Origin: Prochlorococcus sp. AG-402-N08
GTDB taxonomy: Bacteria > Cyanobacteriota > Cyanobacteriia > PCC-6307 > Cyanobiaceae
Reading direction: 5' to 3'
DNA length: 64,000 nt
Assembly (NCBI GenBank): GCA_003216535.1
Contig: QCIS01000002.1
Location: forward strand, 157,774-221,773
A model generated the notes under the pieces. That model saw only the letters and a list, made by a program, of their open reading frames with translations, was not told the DNA's origin and searched no databases. The position numbers were made by a program, and so were the translations under genes. The number at the start of each line of letters is the position of its first letter. Position 1 is the stretch's first letter. This document shows positions 10,715 to 21,194 of the stretch, piece after piece.

Positions 10715-11591
10715 AATTATAATTTTTGATTTTACTGCTAATTACTTTTTGTCCTTCTAAAACAACTTTCGCTCCATCTCCTAACAATATTTTTAAAACC
10801 GCTCCAGGCACTGGAAGTAAATTAGGTCTATTCAGACATTTGCCTAAAGTCTGAGAAAAATCTCTCATTAATACTGGATTTGGTGCAACAGCATTAAATA
10901 CTCCCGAATACTTTTTATCAACTAATGCTTGAATAATTAATGCACATAAATCAGTTCTATGAATCCAACTCATCCATTGCTTACCATCTCCAATTGGTCC
11001 ACCTAATCCAACTTTGAAAATAGGGATCATTTTTCCTAATGCTCCTCCGTCTTTCTCTAGAACAATTCCAATTCTAAAAATAACTAACCTTGAGAAAAAT
11101 GGTTTTTCAGCGGCGACCGCTTCCCATTTTTTGCAAAGATTAGATAAAAAGTCTTTTCCTCCAGGACTATTTTCAGTAAATTCATTAGACAAACTTGTAC
11201 CGTAATAACCTATAGCTGATCCATTTATAATGACTTTTGGGTTTATTTTTAAATTTTTAAGGGTCTTCATCATAAATTTCGTGGTGTTAATACGACTATT
11301 TTCAATCTCCTGTTTTTGTTCAGAAGTCCATTTTTTTTCTGCTATGGGTTCTCCCATCAAGTTAATAATTCCATCTGTCTCTCTTAGAATATTTATAAGA
11401 TTTTCGTTATTCCAGTTTTTTTCTTTTGATAAATCTATTTGAAAAAATTTCAATTTATTGAAATCTAAATCAAGCTTTAATTTACTTATGGGTTTTCTAC
11501 TTACAATGTATAGTTCGTGATTTTCATTGAGAAGTGTTGGTACTAATTCTTTACCAATAAATCCAGTGCAGCCAAATAGTAAGAGACGCAT
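10665..11591 (-). CDS. NAD-dependent epimerase family oxidoreductase (YfcH/TIGR01777-like)
   Basis: LFGCTGFIG, INLMGEPI, SAIGYYG, RIGIVL, QWMSWIH. Confidence 0.9.
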   Translation of the reverse strand: MRLLLFGCTGFIGKELVPTLLNENHELYIVSRKPISKLKLDLDFNKLKFFQIDLSKEKNWNNENLINILRETDGIINLMGEPIAEKKWTSEQKQEIENSRINTTKFMMKTLKNLKINPKVIINGSAIGYYGTSLSNEFTENSPGGKDFLSNLCKKWEAVAAEKPFFSRLVIFRIGIVLEKDGGALGKMIPIFKVGLGGPIGDGKQWMSWIHRTDLCALIIQALVDKKYSGVFNAVAPNPVLMRDFSQTLGKCLNRPNLLPVPGAVLKILLGDGAKVVLEGQKVISSKIKNYNFKYPLLEKAIYASTKN

Positions 11592-11728
11592 ATTTTATAG
11601 ATATTTATCATTTAAGGCTATAAAATTTTTAAGACGTTTGTAATTATTATTCCGTTATCAATTCTTTTTTAATATTTATCAAACAAGTTTTTGTATAATA
11701 AATTTCTATAAACTTTGTTTACTTTATT

Positions 11729-11965
11729 ATGACAGATTCTATTCCAAAGAAACCTCTCAAGAAAGGCAGCTTAGTTTTTGTTGATAGAGAAAATTATATA
11801 AAAAGTATCGAAGCCCTAGCTAGTGATAATGATCTACCTAATTATGTCTTTGAAGGTCCTGGAGAGATTCTTTCAGTAAAAGAGGAATATGCTCAGGTTC
11901 GATGGCGCAGACCTGTACCAGATGTTTGGTTGAAATTAGATCAACTCAAAGAATATCTTCAATAA
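11729..11965 (+). CDS. ndhO: NDH-1 subunit O
   Basis: LKKGSLV, SIEALASD..LPNYVFEGPGEIL, VRWRRPVPDVWL. Confidence 0.9.
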   Translation: MTDSIPKKPLKKGSLVFVDRENYIKSIEALASDNDLPNYVFEGPGEILSVKEEYAQVRWRRPVPDVWLKLDQLKEYLQ

Positions 11966-11975
11966 ATTTTTATAT

Positions 11976-12653
11976 CTAAAAGTTTTTATTTTTTTTCTCT
12001 GTAGACATTTTTGATTGGATTCTTTTTGCTTCTTTGATCATTTCTTTACCATCAAATAAGTAATTATCCACATATCCTTGGGTATATCTATCAAATTCTG
12101 ATAGTGCATCTTTAACTTGTGAAAAACAATGATAAAGATCGAGGCCTAAAGCTGAAATAGACTTTGGAACTATTTTTTTGTTGTAGATTTTTTCAACTTT
12201 TTCTATTTTCTTTTGTGAAAGAAGTATATAACTGCAAAAATTTTCCATTAGTTGGTCATCATATGGATCCGCAGATAGTTCTTTTATTTCGTTGCTCAAA
12301 GGTTTAATTATTTGACTAATTAGTCTATTTATCGGAGTGTAAATTTCTTTAATCCATGTTTTAACTTCTTTGTCTTTAATTGATGAATTATATTTTTTTG
12401 AATTAAATTTCTCTTCCCAATTTTCATTTAATGAATCAAATGATGAACTGGAAGAGAAAAAACTTCTATCATATTGTTTTTTTTTGATAGGGTCATTTAG
12501 AGTCTCCCAGGCATTTTGTATCGCAAGAAATCGTTCTTTTTTCCCGCCTGCATCAGGATGATGTTGCTTAACTAAAGAACGATATGAAGATTTAATTTCA
12601 CTTCTAGTTGCATTTTTTTTGAGGCCTAATTCTTCATATAAATTTTTTTCCAT
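11976..12653 (-). CDS. J-domain (DnaJ-like) protein
   Basis: LYEELGL...HHPD...AWETLNDP. Confidence 0.88.
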   Translation of the reverse strand: MEKNLYEELGLKKNATRSEIKSSYRSLVKQHHPDAGGKKERFLAIQNAWETLNDPIKKKQYDRSFFSSSSSFDSLNENWEEKFNSKKYNSSIKDKEVKTWIKEIYTPINRLISQIIKPLSNEIKELSADPYDDQLMENFCSYILLSQKKIEKVEKIYNKKIVPKSISALGLDLYHCFSQVKDALSEFDRYTQGYVDNYLFDGKEMIKEAKRIQSKMSTEKKNKNF

Positions 12654-12669
12654 TTTTATAAATTATTGA

Positions 12670-13638
12670 TTAAAGATAACCATCTTTTCTAGCTTGAATA
12701 GAGGTATTCGATTCAAACATTGCTGTTGATAAATATCTTTCACCAAAACTTGGAAGAATAACTATCAATCTTTTATTCATTAGTTCTTTCCTTTTACCGA
12801 TTTTTATTGTTGCTGCTAAAGCTGCACCGCTGCTGATGCCAGATAAAAGACCTTCCAATCGAGCTAATAAACGCCCATAATAAAATGCTTCATCATCATC
12901 TATTTTTATAATTTCATCAATTAATTTAGTATTCAATACTTTTGGTACGAAACCTGCTCCTATTCCTTGAATAGAATGAGATCCAGCTTTTTCTCCAGAA
13001 ATCACAGCACTTTTTTTGGGCTCTACAGCATAAATTTTGCAATTTGGATTAACTTTTTTTAAAAAACGTGCGCATCCAGTAATTGTTCCTCCTGTGCCTA
13101 CTCCTGTAACTAGTCCATCTAAATTGTTATTGGATTGGGACCAAATTTCTTGAGCCGTTGTTCTTTCATGTATATCTGGATTAGCAAAGTTTTCAAATTG
13201 ATTAAATTGATAGCTATTTGTAATCCTTGAAGACAACTCATTAGCTAAATATAAAGCTCCTTTCATTCCTTCTATACCTGGTGTTAGCTGTAATTCAGCT
13301 CCATATGCTCTCAACATTGCCCTCCTCTCAATACTCATCGTATCCGGCATAGTCAATATCAATTTATAGCCTTTTGCCGCAGCTACCATTGCTAATGCGA
13401 TGCCAGTATTCCCACTTGTTGCTTCTATTAACGTTGTTTTATCTGGTGTTATCAATCCTTCTTCTTCAGCTTTACATAACATTGAATAGGCGATGCGATC
13501 CTTAACGGAAGCTGATGGATTGAAACTTTCTAGTTTGGCTATTATTTCTGGATAACAATTAAAATACTTTCTGATTCGATTTAATTTAACTAATGGTGTA
13601 TTTCCAACTAGAGAAGTTATATCATTTGCTATTTCCAT
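12670..13638 (-). CDS. cysK: cysteine synthase A
   Basis: KLESFNPSASVKDRIA, EATSGNTG, GVGTGGT, QGIGAGF. ATG at 13638 is the likely start. Confidence 0.95.
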   Translation of the reverse strand: MEIANDITSLVGNTPLVKLNRIRKYFNCYPEIIAKLESFNPSASVKDRIAYSMLCKAEEEGLITPDKTTLIEATSGNTGIALAMVAAAKGYKLILTMPDTMSIERRAMLRAYGAELQLTPGIEGMKGALYLANELSSRITNSYQFNQFENFANPDIHERTTAQEIWSQSNNNLDGLVTGVGTGGTITGCARFLKKVNPNCKIYAVEPKKSAVISGEKAGSHSIQGIGAGFVPKVLNTKLIDEIIKIDDDEAFYYGRLLARLEGLLSGISSGAALAATIKIGKRKELMNKRLIVILPSFGERYLSTAMFESNTSIQARKDGYL

Positions 13639-13790
13639 GAAATGCTTTTTAATTTGATAAATAAAATCTCCTAAATACATAATAATTGTATTTAAAGATC
13701 TTTAATATAATTTTCTCAAAATAATTTAACTGAAAATAACTTTCTGCATAAAAATATTTACTATTATAAAAGATAGTTTTTATAATTACT

Positions 13791-14063
13791 ATGTATTCGT
13801 TGGAACTAAGTCTGAGATATTCGCCTTTTCCACTTTCAATTCAGAAGAAAGAATTTGATGATGTTAAACGAATTTATGATGAAATAAAAAATTCTATGAA
13901 TGAAACTTCAGACTCTTCAAACTTGATCGAATTAAGGTGTGACAAAGTGAAAGATAAATTAATTGCTGTCAGAGCTAAAGAAATTATTTCTGTTCAGATA
14001 TATGAAAAATCGTCAGTAGCAGGAGGAGCTAAAAGACCAGGATTTTCTCTCAACATAGATTGA
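13791..14063 (+). CDS. conserved hypothetical protein
   Basis: 90 aa ORF, overlaps the next gene by 4 nt, C-terminal GGAKRPGFS. Confidence 0.65.
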   Translation: MYSLELSLRYSPFPLSIQKKEFDDVKRIYDEIKNSMNETSDSSNLIELRCDKVKDKLIAVRAKEIISVQIYEKSSVAGGAKRPGFSLNID

Positions 14064-14746
14064 TGGAATTAATGCGAGATTCTCTTGAAAATGAAATACC
14101 TCGTATTAAATTCAAAGATGTTTCGTTTTCATATCCTGGAAAAAAAGAAAATTTAATTTTTGAATGCAACTTCTCAATAAAAAAACCTGGGTTTTGGATG
14201 GTGGTAGGTAAAAACGGAAGCGGAAAAAGTACTCTTTTAAAATTAATTAATGGAATAATCAAACCCCAAAATGGATTTATTGATTCTAAAGCAAATATTG
14301 GCATGGTGTTTCAAAACCCTGATCATCAAATCTTGATGCCAAATTGCAGGAGTGAACTTCTGATAAATATTAATCAAAATATAAGTCAAAATGAAATTAA
14401 TAAAAAAATTGAATATGTGCTTGATCAGGTAGGAATGACTGGTTTTGAAAAAAGGCCAATTCATACTTTAAGCGGTGGACAAAAACAACGCTTAACTATT
14501 GCATGCGCTCTTATTAGTAATAGAAATTTTATTCTTTTGGATGAGCCTACAGCGTTACTTGATCAAACCAGCCAATTAAAAGTTTTAAAAACTATTAAGA
14601 AACTTTCAAGTGACCATAAAAAACCTTTATCTGCTTTGTGGATTACTCATCGTTATGAAGAATTAACTTATGCTGATGCAGTAGCAGAGTTGAAAAATGG
14701 TTTTTTATCTAGCTGGCAAGAACCATCAAAATTTCAATATAATTAA
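14060..14746 (+). CDS. ABC transporter ATP-binding protein, ECF/CbiO-like
   Basis: GKNGSGKS, FQNPDHQ, LSGGQKQR, ILLDEP, WITH. Confidence 0.9.
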   Translation: MMELMRDSLENEIPRIKFKDVSFSYPGKKENLIFECNFSIKKPGFWMVVGKNGSGKSTLLKLINGIIKPQNGFIDSKANIGMVFQNPDHQILMPNCRSELLININQNISQNEINKKIEYVLDQVGMTGFEKRPIHTLSGGQKQRLTIACALISNRNFILLDEPTALLDQTSQLKVLKTIKKLSSDHKKPLSALWITHRYEELTYADAVAELKNGFLSSWQEPSKFQYN

Positions 14747-14794
14747 TTTTTTTACTTGTCATAAGGCACTTTGAAGAGTTAAATTCGTTTATAT

Positions 14795-14866
<72 letters not shown>

Positions 14867-14892
14867 TTCATTTTCAATATTTAACTTTCAGG

Positions 14893-14916
14893 AGACTCCA
14901 TTAAGAGTCTTTTTTT
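14893..14916 (+). terminator. putative intrinsic terminator after tRNA-Asn
   Basis: AGACTC-CATTAA-GAGTCT hairpin followed by a T run. Confidence 0.65.
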
Positions 14917-15106
14917 ATTTCTTTGAGATTCTCATGGTTGGGAAATGGTGGGGAAGTAATTTTCATAGAGAGACAAATCTATAATGAACCAAATTCGACG
15001 TCTCGATAGTTTGTTCGGAAAAAATTCCTGAAATTATTTTTTACATTCTATAAAATCAAGATATGCTTTCTTTTTGTACGTTAAAAATTACATATTGAAG
15101 GTAATT

Positions 15107-15466
15107 CTAGTCATCCCACATATCCGTTTTCTTTTCATCTAAATTATTCCTATCAAGTAATTCCATTCTTTGTTTCTGAGGATCTATTTCTGTTTCGAGA
15201 ACGTTTTTATCGTCAATGTATTTTGATTGTATTTCTAATATAATTATTTCAAATTGTTCTCCAAAAAAATCTGACATTTCTCTCCATGCTTCCATTTCCT
15301 CTTCTTTGCCAATAGTATCGTTTATCTGATGAGAAATAATTTCTAGTACATATTCTTTAAGTTCTTGATGACTCATAGATTCAACTTTTTTTTGAACGTA
15401 AAGTTCTTTAAGATTGTCTAGTTGTTTTTTTGATAAATCAGAATAGATAATAGAATTCTTTTTCAT
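15107..15466 (-). CDS. acidic hypothetical protein
   Basis: 119 aa, E/D-rich, standalone between tRNA-Asn and rpaA. Confidence 0.7.
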   Translation of the reverse strand: MKKNSIIYSDLSKKQLDNLKELYVQKKVESMSHQELKEYVLEIISHQINDTIGKEEEMEAWREMSDFFGEQFEIIILEIQSKYIDDKNVLETEIDPQKQRMELLDRNNLDEKKTDMWDD

Positions 15467-15866
15467 AGATACTCAAATAATTTAAATATATACAAAATTA
15501 TTACTTTAAATACTTAGAATAAATCAAAAACTTTAAACTCAGTTAAATCCTCTTTGAAAACTGAGATCACCACTTAATTTGATTTTCAGATTTCTTATTA
15601 TGGCAATTTTAGTTAAATATTCTTTTAAAATAAATCATTTTCTTTCTAATATCCTCTTGATTATTAAGAAATAGTAAATAGAATCGAAAGAAATTGTAAA
15701 ATTTAAACTTATTTAAAATTTGCAATTTCCCTCTAATACCCTGCAATTATTAAGTTAATTGATAAATCTAATTGATAAAATTGTTTACAGCAATTCAGCA
15801 ATCTTTATAAATTCTTGAGAGAATTATATTACTAAAACTTAATTTTATTTTAATAGTCTATACAAT

Positions 15867-16649
15867 ATGAAAATTTCAATCCTCCTAATTGAAGACGATC
15901 GTGATATGCGTGATTTGGTGGCAAGACATTTAGAACATTCTGGTTTCGATGTCCAAAAAGCTGAAGATGGAATTAAAGGACAAGCATTAGCTCTTCAATA
16001 CTCACCAGATTTAATACTCTTAGATTTAATGCTGCCAAGTGTTGATGGGTTAACTTTATGCCAGCGACTTAGAAGAGACGAAAGAACATCAAATATCCCA
16101 ATTTTGATGATAACTGCATTAGGTGGTCTTAAAGATAAAGTGACTGGGTTTAATTCTGGTGCAGATGATTACATTACTAAACCATTTGATCTAGAAGAAT
16201 TACATGTACGCATAAAAGCGTTATTAAGAAGAACTAATAGAGCACAATTGAATTCTAGTAATCAGCAAGAAATATTAAATTATGGCCCCTTAACACTTGT
16301 TCCAGAAAGGTTTGAAGCAATCTGGTTTGAGTCTCCTGTAAGATTAACGCATCTTGAATTTGAATTGCTTCATTGTCTTTTGCAGAGGCATGGTCAAACT
16401 GTATCGCCAGCATTAATTCTTAAAGAAGTATGGGGATATGAACCTGACGATGATATTGAGACAATCAGAGTCCATATTAGACACTTACGCACAAAACTAG
16501 AACCCGATCCACGTAAGCCTATATATATAAAAACTGTATATGGTGCTGGATATTGCCTTGAGTTACCTGTTGGCTCTAAAGCTGAAACTGCTAAGCAAGA
16601 GTTTATTCAAACAAGAAATCCTGATTTGATAAATACTGCAGTGGATTAA
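15867..16649 (+). CDS. rpaA: OmpR-family response regulator RpaA
   Basis: [54 protein letters not shown]. Confidence 0.93.
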   Translation: MKISILLIEDDRDMRDLVARHLEHSGFDVQKAEDGIKGQALALQYSPDLILLDLMLPSVDGLTLCQRLRRDERTSNIPILMITALGGLKDKVTGFNSGADDYITKPFDLEELHVRIKALLRRTNRAQLNSSNQQEILNYGPLTLVPERFEAIWFESPVRLTHLEFELLHCLLQRHGQTVSPALILKEVWGYEPDDDIETIRVHIRHLRTKLEPDPRKPIYIKTVYGAGYCLELPVGSKAETAKQEFIQTRNPDLINTAVD

Positions 16650-16651
16650 TT

Positions 16652-17614
16652 TCATACATCTTCCATTGAAATTTTTAAAAAAGTAATTTCCCATGCCAAC
16701 CTTGGTTGAATGTTTTTTCTTAAGAGATATTTTAATTTTTCAAGTTTTTTAATTAAATCAATATTTTTTGTATTTCTCCACCAGATAGTTTGAATTAAAT
16801 TGACTAAAGAAATCTGTTTATAAATTTCTAGTTTTTCAGATATTAATTTAGATATTTCTAATATTTCCAAAATATTTTTTATTGGAAAATCTAATTTACT
16901 TATAATTTCATCTGAAAAATCATTCCAAATTTCAATATTTTTCAATAATTTATTTGGAGATCCATTGGCAGAGTTTATTAACTCTTCAAATTTTAATTTT
17001 GTATTGATATTTAATTTAGAAGTATCTAAATAATCTTTCAAAATAGACTTTATTTGTTTGCTAGAAAAGGGTCTAAATCTGACTATTTGACATCTTGAGA
17101 TTATCGTATCTAAGAGAAGGTTTAATTTAGATGTTAGTAATATAAAAATTCCATTACTAGGTTCTTCTAAGGTTTTTAAAAGACAATTTGAGGCTGCTTC
17201 GTTTAAGAGGTGTGCATCAATAATTAAAACAATTTTTTTTTCTGAGTTTATTGATTTTTGACTAAGAAATGTTTTTATATTACGTATTTGAGCAATTTTA
17301 ATAATCTCAGATTCACTTTTTATGATTTTTTTAAGATCAGAACTTTCTGAACTTTTTATAGCCAAGAGAGAATCAGGTTCGATAATTAAAAAATCAGGAT
17401 GGTTATTGTTGGTAATCCTCTCTTCAACATTCTCGCTTGGTGAATACTGTTTGAAAATTTCTTTTATAAATTGAAGAGCAGTTTGCTTTTTCCCTACTCC
17501 TTCAGCACCATAAAATATATAACCATTAGCAAATGATTTGTTTTTAATTATGTTGTTAAGACAAGTATTTACTTCTTCATTCAATAAAAAATTATTTTTT
17601 TTAACCTCAATCAT
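16652..17614 (-). CDS. holB: DNA polymerase III subunit delta'
   Basis: [32 protein letters not shown]; adjacent to tmk. Confidence 0.9.
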   Translation of the reverse strand: MIEVKKNNFLLNEEVNTCLNNIIKNKSFANGYIFYGAEGVGKKQTALQFIKEIFKQYSPSENVEERITNNNHPDFLIIEPDSLLAIKSSESSDLKKIIKSESEIIKIAQIRNIKTFLSQKSINSEKKIVLIIDAHLLNEAASNCLLKTLEEPSNGIFILLTSKLNLLLDTIISRCQIVRFRPFSSKQIKSILKDYLDTSKLNINTKLKFEELINSANGSPNKLLKNIEIWNDFSDEIISKLDFPIKNILEILEISKLISEKLEIYKQISLVNLIQTIWWRNTKNIDLIKKLEKLKYLLRKNIQPRLAWEITFLKISMEDV

Positions 17615-18249
17615 TTGTTAGTAGAAAAATTGTTTAGTACAGTCTCTTTAATTTGATTAGAAATAGTTTTAATATTTTGTGAGGCAGATATTACTTTCCA
17701 GTTTTTTTGTTTGGCAATTAGTTTGAAGCCTTCATTTACTTTTTTTAAAAATCTAATACCTTCAGATTCTATTCTATCTGGAATTTCATTTTTTCTTCGG
17801 AATATGCTCTCTTCTGGAGATATTTCTAAGAAGAAAGTTAGATCAGGAGATTCTCCTTGACACACAATAGATTCAATATTCTTAATTATTTCTAAATTTA
17901 TATTTCTTCCATATCCTTGATAAGCCAAGGTGGAATCGGAAAATCTATCACTTATTACCCAATCATTATTATTTAACGCAGGTGAAATAATTTTGGAAAC
18001 GTGTTCAGCTCTATCAGCTGAATAAAGCAATAATTCGGCAAGAGATGAAGGCTTGTTATTTTCATTATTATCAAGAATCAGTCCTCTAAGTTTTTTTCCT
18101 AGAAGACTGCCTCCTGGCTCTCTAGTTGTGATTAATTTAGACCCTTTCTTTATCAGACCACTATTAGGTAGCCATTTAGATAGTTCATCTATTTGGGTAG
18201 TTTTACCACATCCATCAATACCCTCAATAACTATAAATTTTCCTTTCAT
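17611..18249 (-). CDS. tmk: thymidylate kinase
   Basis: [30 protein letters not shown]. Confidence 0.95.
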   Translation of the reverse strand: MKGKFIVIEGIDGCGKTTQIDELSKWLPNSGLIKKGSKLITTREPGGSLLGKKLRGLILDNNENNKPSSLAELLLYSADRAEHVSKIISPALNNNDWVISDRFSDSTLAYQGYGRNINLEIIKNIESIVCQGESPDLTFFLEISPEESIFRRKNEIPDRIESEGIRFLKKVNEGFKLIAKQKNWKVISASQNIKTISNQIKETVLNNFSTNK

Positions 18250-20553
18250 TTAATCCAAAGATAAAGCATTAATTACAACTGTAATAGAGCTAATAGCCAT
18301 CAATAGTGCTGCTATTGAGGGAGTAAGAAGAATACCGTATTTAGGGAATAAAATGCCGGCAGCTAAGGGTATAGCTAGAAAGTTGTAACCAAAAGCCCAA
18401 AATAGATTTTGCCTTATTTTTCTTATAGTTTTTTTTGCAAGATTTAAGGCGTATGGTAATCCATTTAGTTGATCTCCCATCAATACTACATCTGCATTTG
18501 CTTTGGCTATTTGAGTCCCTGACCCCACTGCAATTCCTAAATCTGAGGATGCTAAGGCTGGGACATCATTAATACCATCACCAATCATTGCTACTTTATT
18601 ATTAATTTTTAAATTTTCTATAGTCTTTAGCTTCATTTCAGGAAGAAGATCCCATTTTACTTCTGTTTCTTTACAACCAATTTTTTTTGCTAAAGCTAAA
18701 ACTGTTTGTTTTCTATCTCCACTTAAAATATTAATTTTAAATTTGCTTTCTCTCAAATTTTGAACTGTTTTAATTGAATCATCTCTGAGTAAATCTCCTA
18801 ATAAGATAAAGCCTAATAATCTATCTTTGATACTTACTCCAATGATAGTGTTCGTTTTTGTCTCTTCATTTTCAATAACTTTTTTTGCATCACTATCAAA
18901 AATTATTCCTTTGCTTAGTAGCCATTCAATATTTCCAATATTAATGAGCCCATCGATTGAATCTAGTTCTCCAGAAATACCTCGACCTGAATGAGTGAAA
19001 ATTTTTTTTATTGGAAATAAATTTAAATTTTGTTTTTTTGCCTCTTGAATTAATGCATCCGCGATTGGATGTCTGCTTTCCTTTTCTAAACTGGCAGCTA
19101 CTCTTAATAAAAATGAATGATCATTATTCTTTTTATAATCAACAATGAAAGGCCTACCTTTTGTTAAGGTACCTGTTTTGTCAAAAATAATGTGATTAAT
19201 TTTTGAAGCCATTTCTATTTTGTCCCCGCCTTTAAATAAAACCCCTTTTTTTGCTGCTTTACCTGATGCGACAGTTATTACAGTGGGGGTGGCTAAACCT
19301 AATGCACAAGGACAAGCTATAACTAAAACAGCAATTGACAATTGAATTGCTAAACTCAGGAAATTCTCTGCATTACTACCAAGCGAACTATGAAGTGTAT
19401 GGCTTGAGTGAGTGATCAATTGATTATTATGACTTAATAAATCAGGCCAAATATTTCTTGCCTCTTTCCACCAAAAGAAGAAAGTCAAAGTAGCAAAAAT
19501 AAGTACAAAGTAAGTAAATTTTCCTGCAATTTCATCAGCTATTCTTTGAATGCGAGGTTTTCTAGCGTTTACAGATTCAATAAGATTTACTAGTTTTGCA
19601 AGAGAAGAATCACCTCCAACCTTTTGTACTTTAAGTCTAAGAGTTGAATTAAGATTTAAAGACCCACTAGATAGATTTTCGCCTTCTTTTACTTCGATAG
19701 GTTTTGATTCTCCAGTAATATGAGAAACATCAACATATGAATTACCTTGAGTAACAATGCAGTCAGCAGGAACCCTATCACCTGCTAAAACTTGAATCTC
19801 TTGATAAGGTCTTAAAGTGTTTACTCTTATTGATTTTATTTGATTATCTTTTGTGTAGATATTTGCCATTTCAGGTTGAAGATCTAATAACTCACCAATG
19901 GATGAACCAGTTTGATATCTAGCTCTTTCTTCTAAGAAACGCCCTATTAGGATAAATCCTAATAGCATAACTGGCTCATTAAAAAAACAAGGAAAACCAG
20001 TGGCAGGAAATATTAAGGATAGAAGACTTGTTGTATATGCGCTTGTTACTCCAAGAGCTACTAAAGAATCCATATCCGGACGATTCTTAATAAATGATTT
20101 AAATCCATTAATAATTATTCCTCTGCCAGGAAATAATAAAGCTAAGGTTGCTAATGAAGCATGAAAAAATATATTACCTAATATTGGAAAATTAATATAT
20201 CTTCCTTCTGCCAGATGACCTAAAACTGAAAATAACAAAAGTAATAGGGCAAAAGTCAGTTTTTTCCATTGATTATTCCAATCCTTTTTTTTTTCTAATT
20301 CTGCTTTATTTATTTTCTTTGAAAAATCATTTATGTAAATCTTTGCTGGGAAACCATTCTCTTTTAGGTTTTCGAGAACTGTTTTTATTTCTATATGCTT
20401 CTGGGTAATTTCAAAATATGCACTTTCAGTGAGTAAATTAACAGAAACATTTTCAATACCATCAGAATTATTCAATATTTTTTCTACAGTACTAACACAA
20501 CCTCCGCACTTCATTCCTGTTATGCTTAATTGAATGCTCTCCATGTTTTTCAC
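18250..20553 (-). CDS. Cu(I)-type P1B ATPase (CtaA-like)
   Basis: N-terminal GMKCGGC, TGES, CPC, DKTGT, GDGIND, YN and MAISS in the last TM helices. Confidence 0.9.
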   Translation of the reverse strand: MKNMESIQLSITGMKCGGCVSTVEKILNNSDGIENVSVNLLTESAYFEITQKHIEIKTVLENLKENGFPAKIYINDFSKKINKAELEKKKDWNNQWKKLTFALLLLLFSVLGHLAEGRYINFPILGNIFFHASLATLALLFPGRGIIINGFKSFIKNRPDMDSLVALGVTSAYTTSLLSLIFPATGFPCFFNEPVMLLGFILIGRFLEERARYQTGSSIGELLDLQPEMANIYTKDNQIKSIRVNTLRPYQEIQVLAGDRVPADCIVTQGNSYVDVSHITGESKPIEVKEGENLSSGSLNLNSTLRLKVQKVGGDSSLAKLVNLIESVNARKPRIQRIADEIAGKFTYFVLIFATLTFFFWWKEARNIWPDLLSHNNQLITHSSHTLHSSLGSNAENFLSLAIQLSIAVLVIACPCALGLATPTVITVASGKAAKKGVLFKGGDKIEMASKINHIIFDKTGTLTKGRPFIVDYKKNNDHSFLLRVAASLEKESRHPIADALIQEAKKQNLNLFPIKKIFTHSGRGISGELDSIDGLINIGNIEWLLSKGIIFDSDAKKVIENEETKTNTIIGVSIKDRLLGFILLGDLLRDDSIKTVQNLRESKFKINILSGDRKQTVLALAKKIGCKETEVKWDLLPEMKLKTIENLKINNKVAMIGDGINDVPALASSDLGIAVGSGTQIAKANADVVLMGDQLNGLPYALNLAKKTIRKIRQNLFWAFGYNFLAIPLAAGILFPKYGILLTPSIAALLMAISSITVVINALSLD

Positions 20554-20666
20554 TTTAGAAGCAAATTAATGCTTGACCTCTTTTTTAACTATAATAATAA
20601 ATGTAGTAAACTTTTAAAAAAAGTTATTTTTTAAATTACTATCTTTATTTTATTAGAAATAGATCA

Positions 20667-21188
20667 GTGCCAAGTAATCAAAACAGAGACAATTTTATTG
20701 ATAAAGCTTTTACTGTAATTGCTGAATCTATAGTAAAAATAATGCCTATTGCAGAAAAAGAAAAAAAGGCATACATATACTATAGAGATGGCCTAGCTGC
20801 ACAAAATAATGGGGATTATTCGGAAGCATTAGAATATTACAAAGAGAGTTTACTGCTTGAAGAAAATAAAATTGATAGGGGTGAGACTTTAAAAAATATG
20901 GCAATAATATACATGAGTAACGGTGAAGAGGATTTGTCTATTGAAACATATGAAAAAGCATTAGTAGAAAATCCTAAACAGCCATCATGCCTCAAAAATA
21001 TAGGCTTAATTTATGAAAAAAGGGGAAGATATGCTGAACAAAATGGTGATTTAGATCAGAGAGATATTTGGTTTGACAAAGCTGCTGAAGTTTGGTCTAA
21101 AGCAGTGAGATTATATCCTGGTGGTTATCTCGATATTGAAAATTGGCTTAAAAACTCAGGAAGAAGTTCAATAGACATGTACCTCTGA
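20667..21188 (+). CDS. ycf3: photosystem I assembly protein Ycf3
   Basis: [39 protein letters not shown]. Confidence 0.93.
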   Translation: MPSNQNRDNFIDKAFTVIAESIVKIMPIAEKEKKAYIYYRDGLAAQNNGDYSEALEYYKESLLLEENKIDRGETLKNMAIIYMSNGEEDLSIETYEKALVENPKQPSCLKNIGLIYEKRGRYAEQNGDLDQRDIWFDKAAEVWSKAVRLYPGGYLDIENWLKNSGRSSIDMYL

Positions 21189-21194
21189 AATTTT

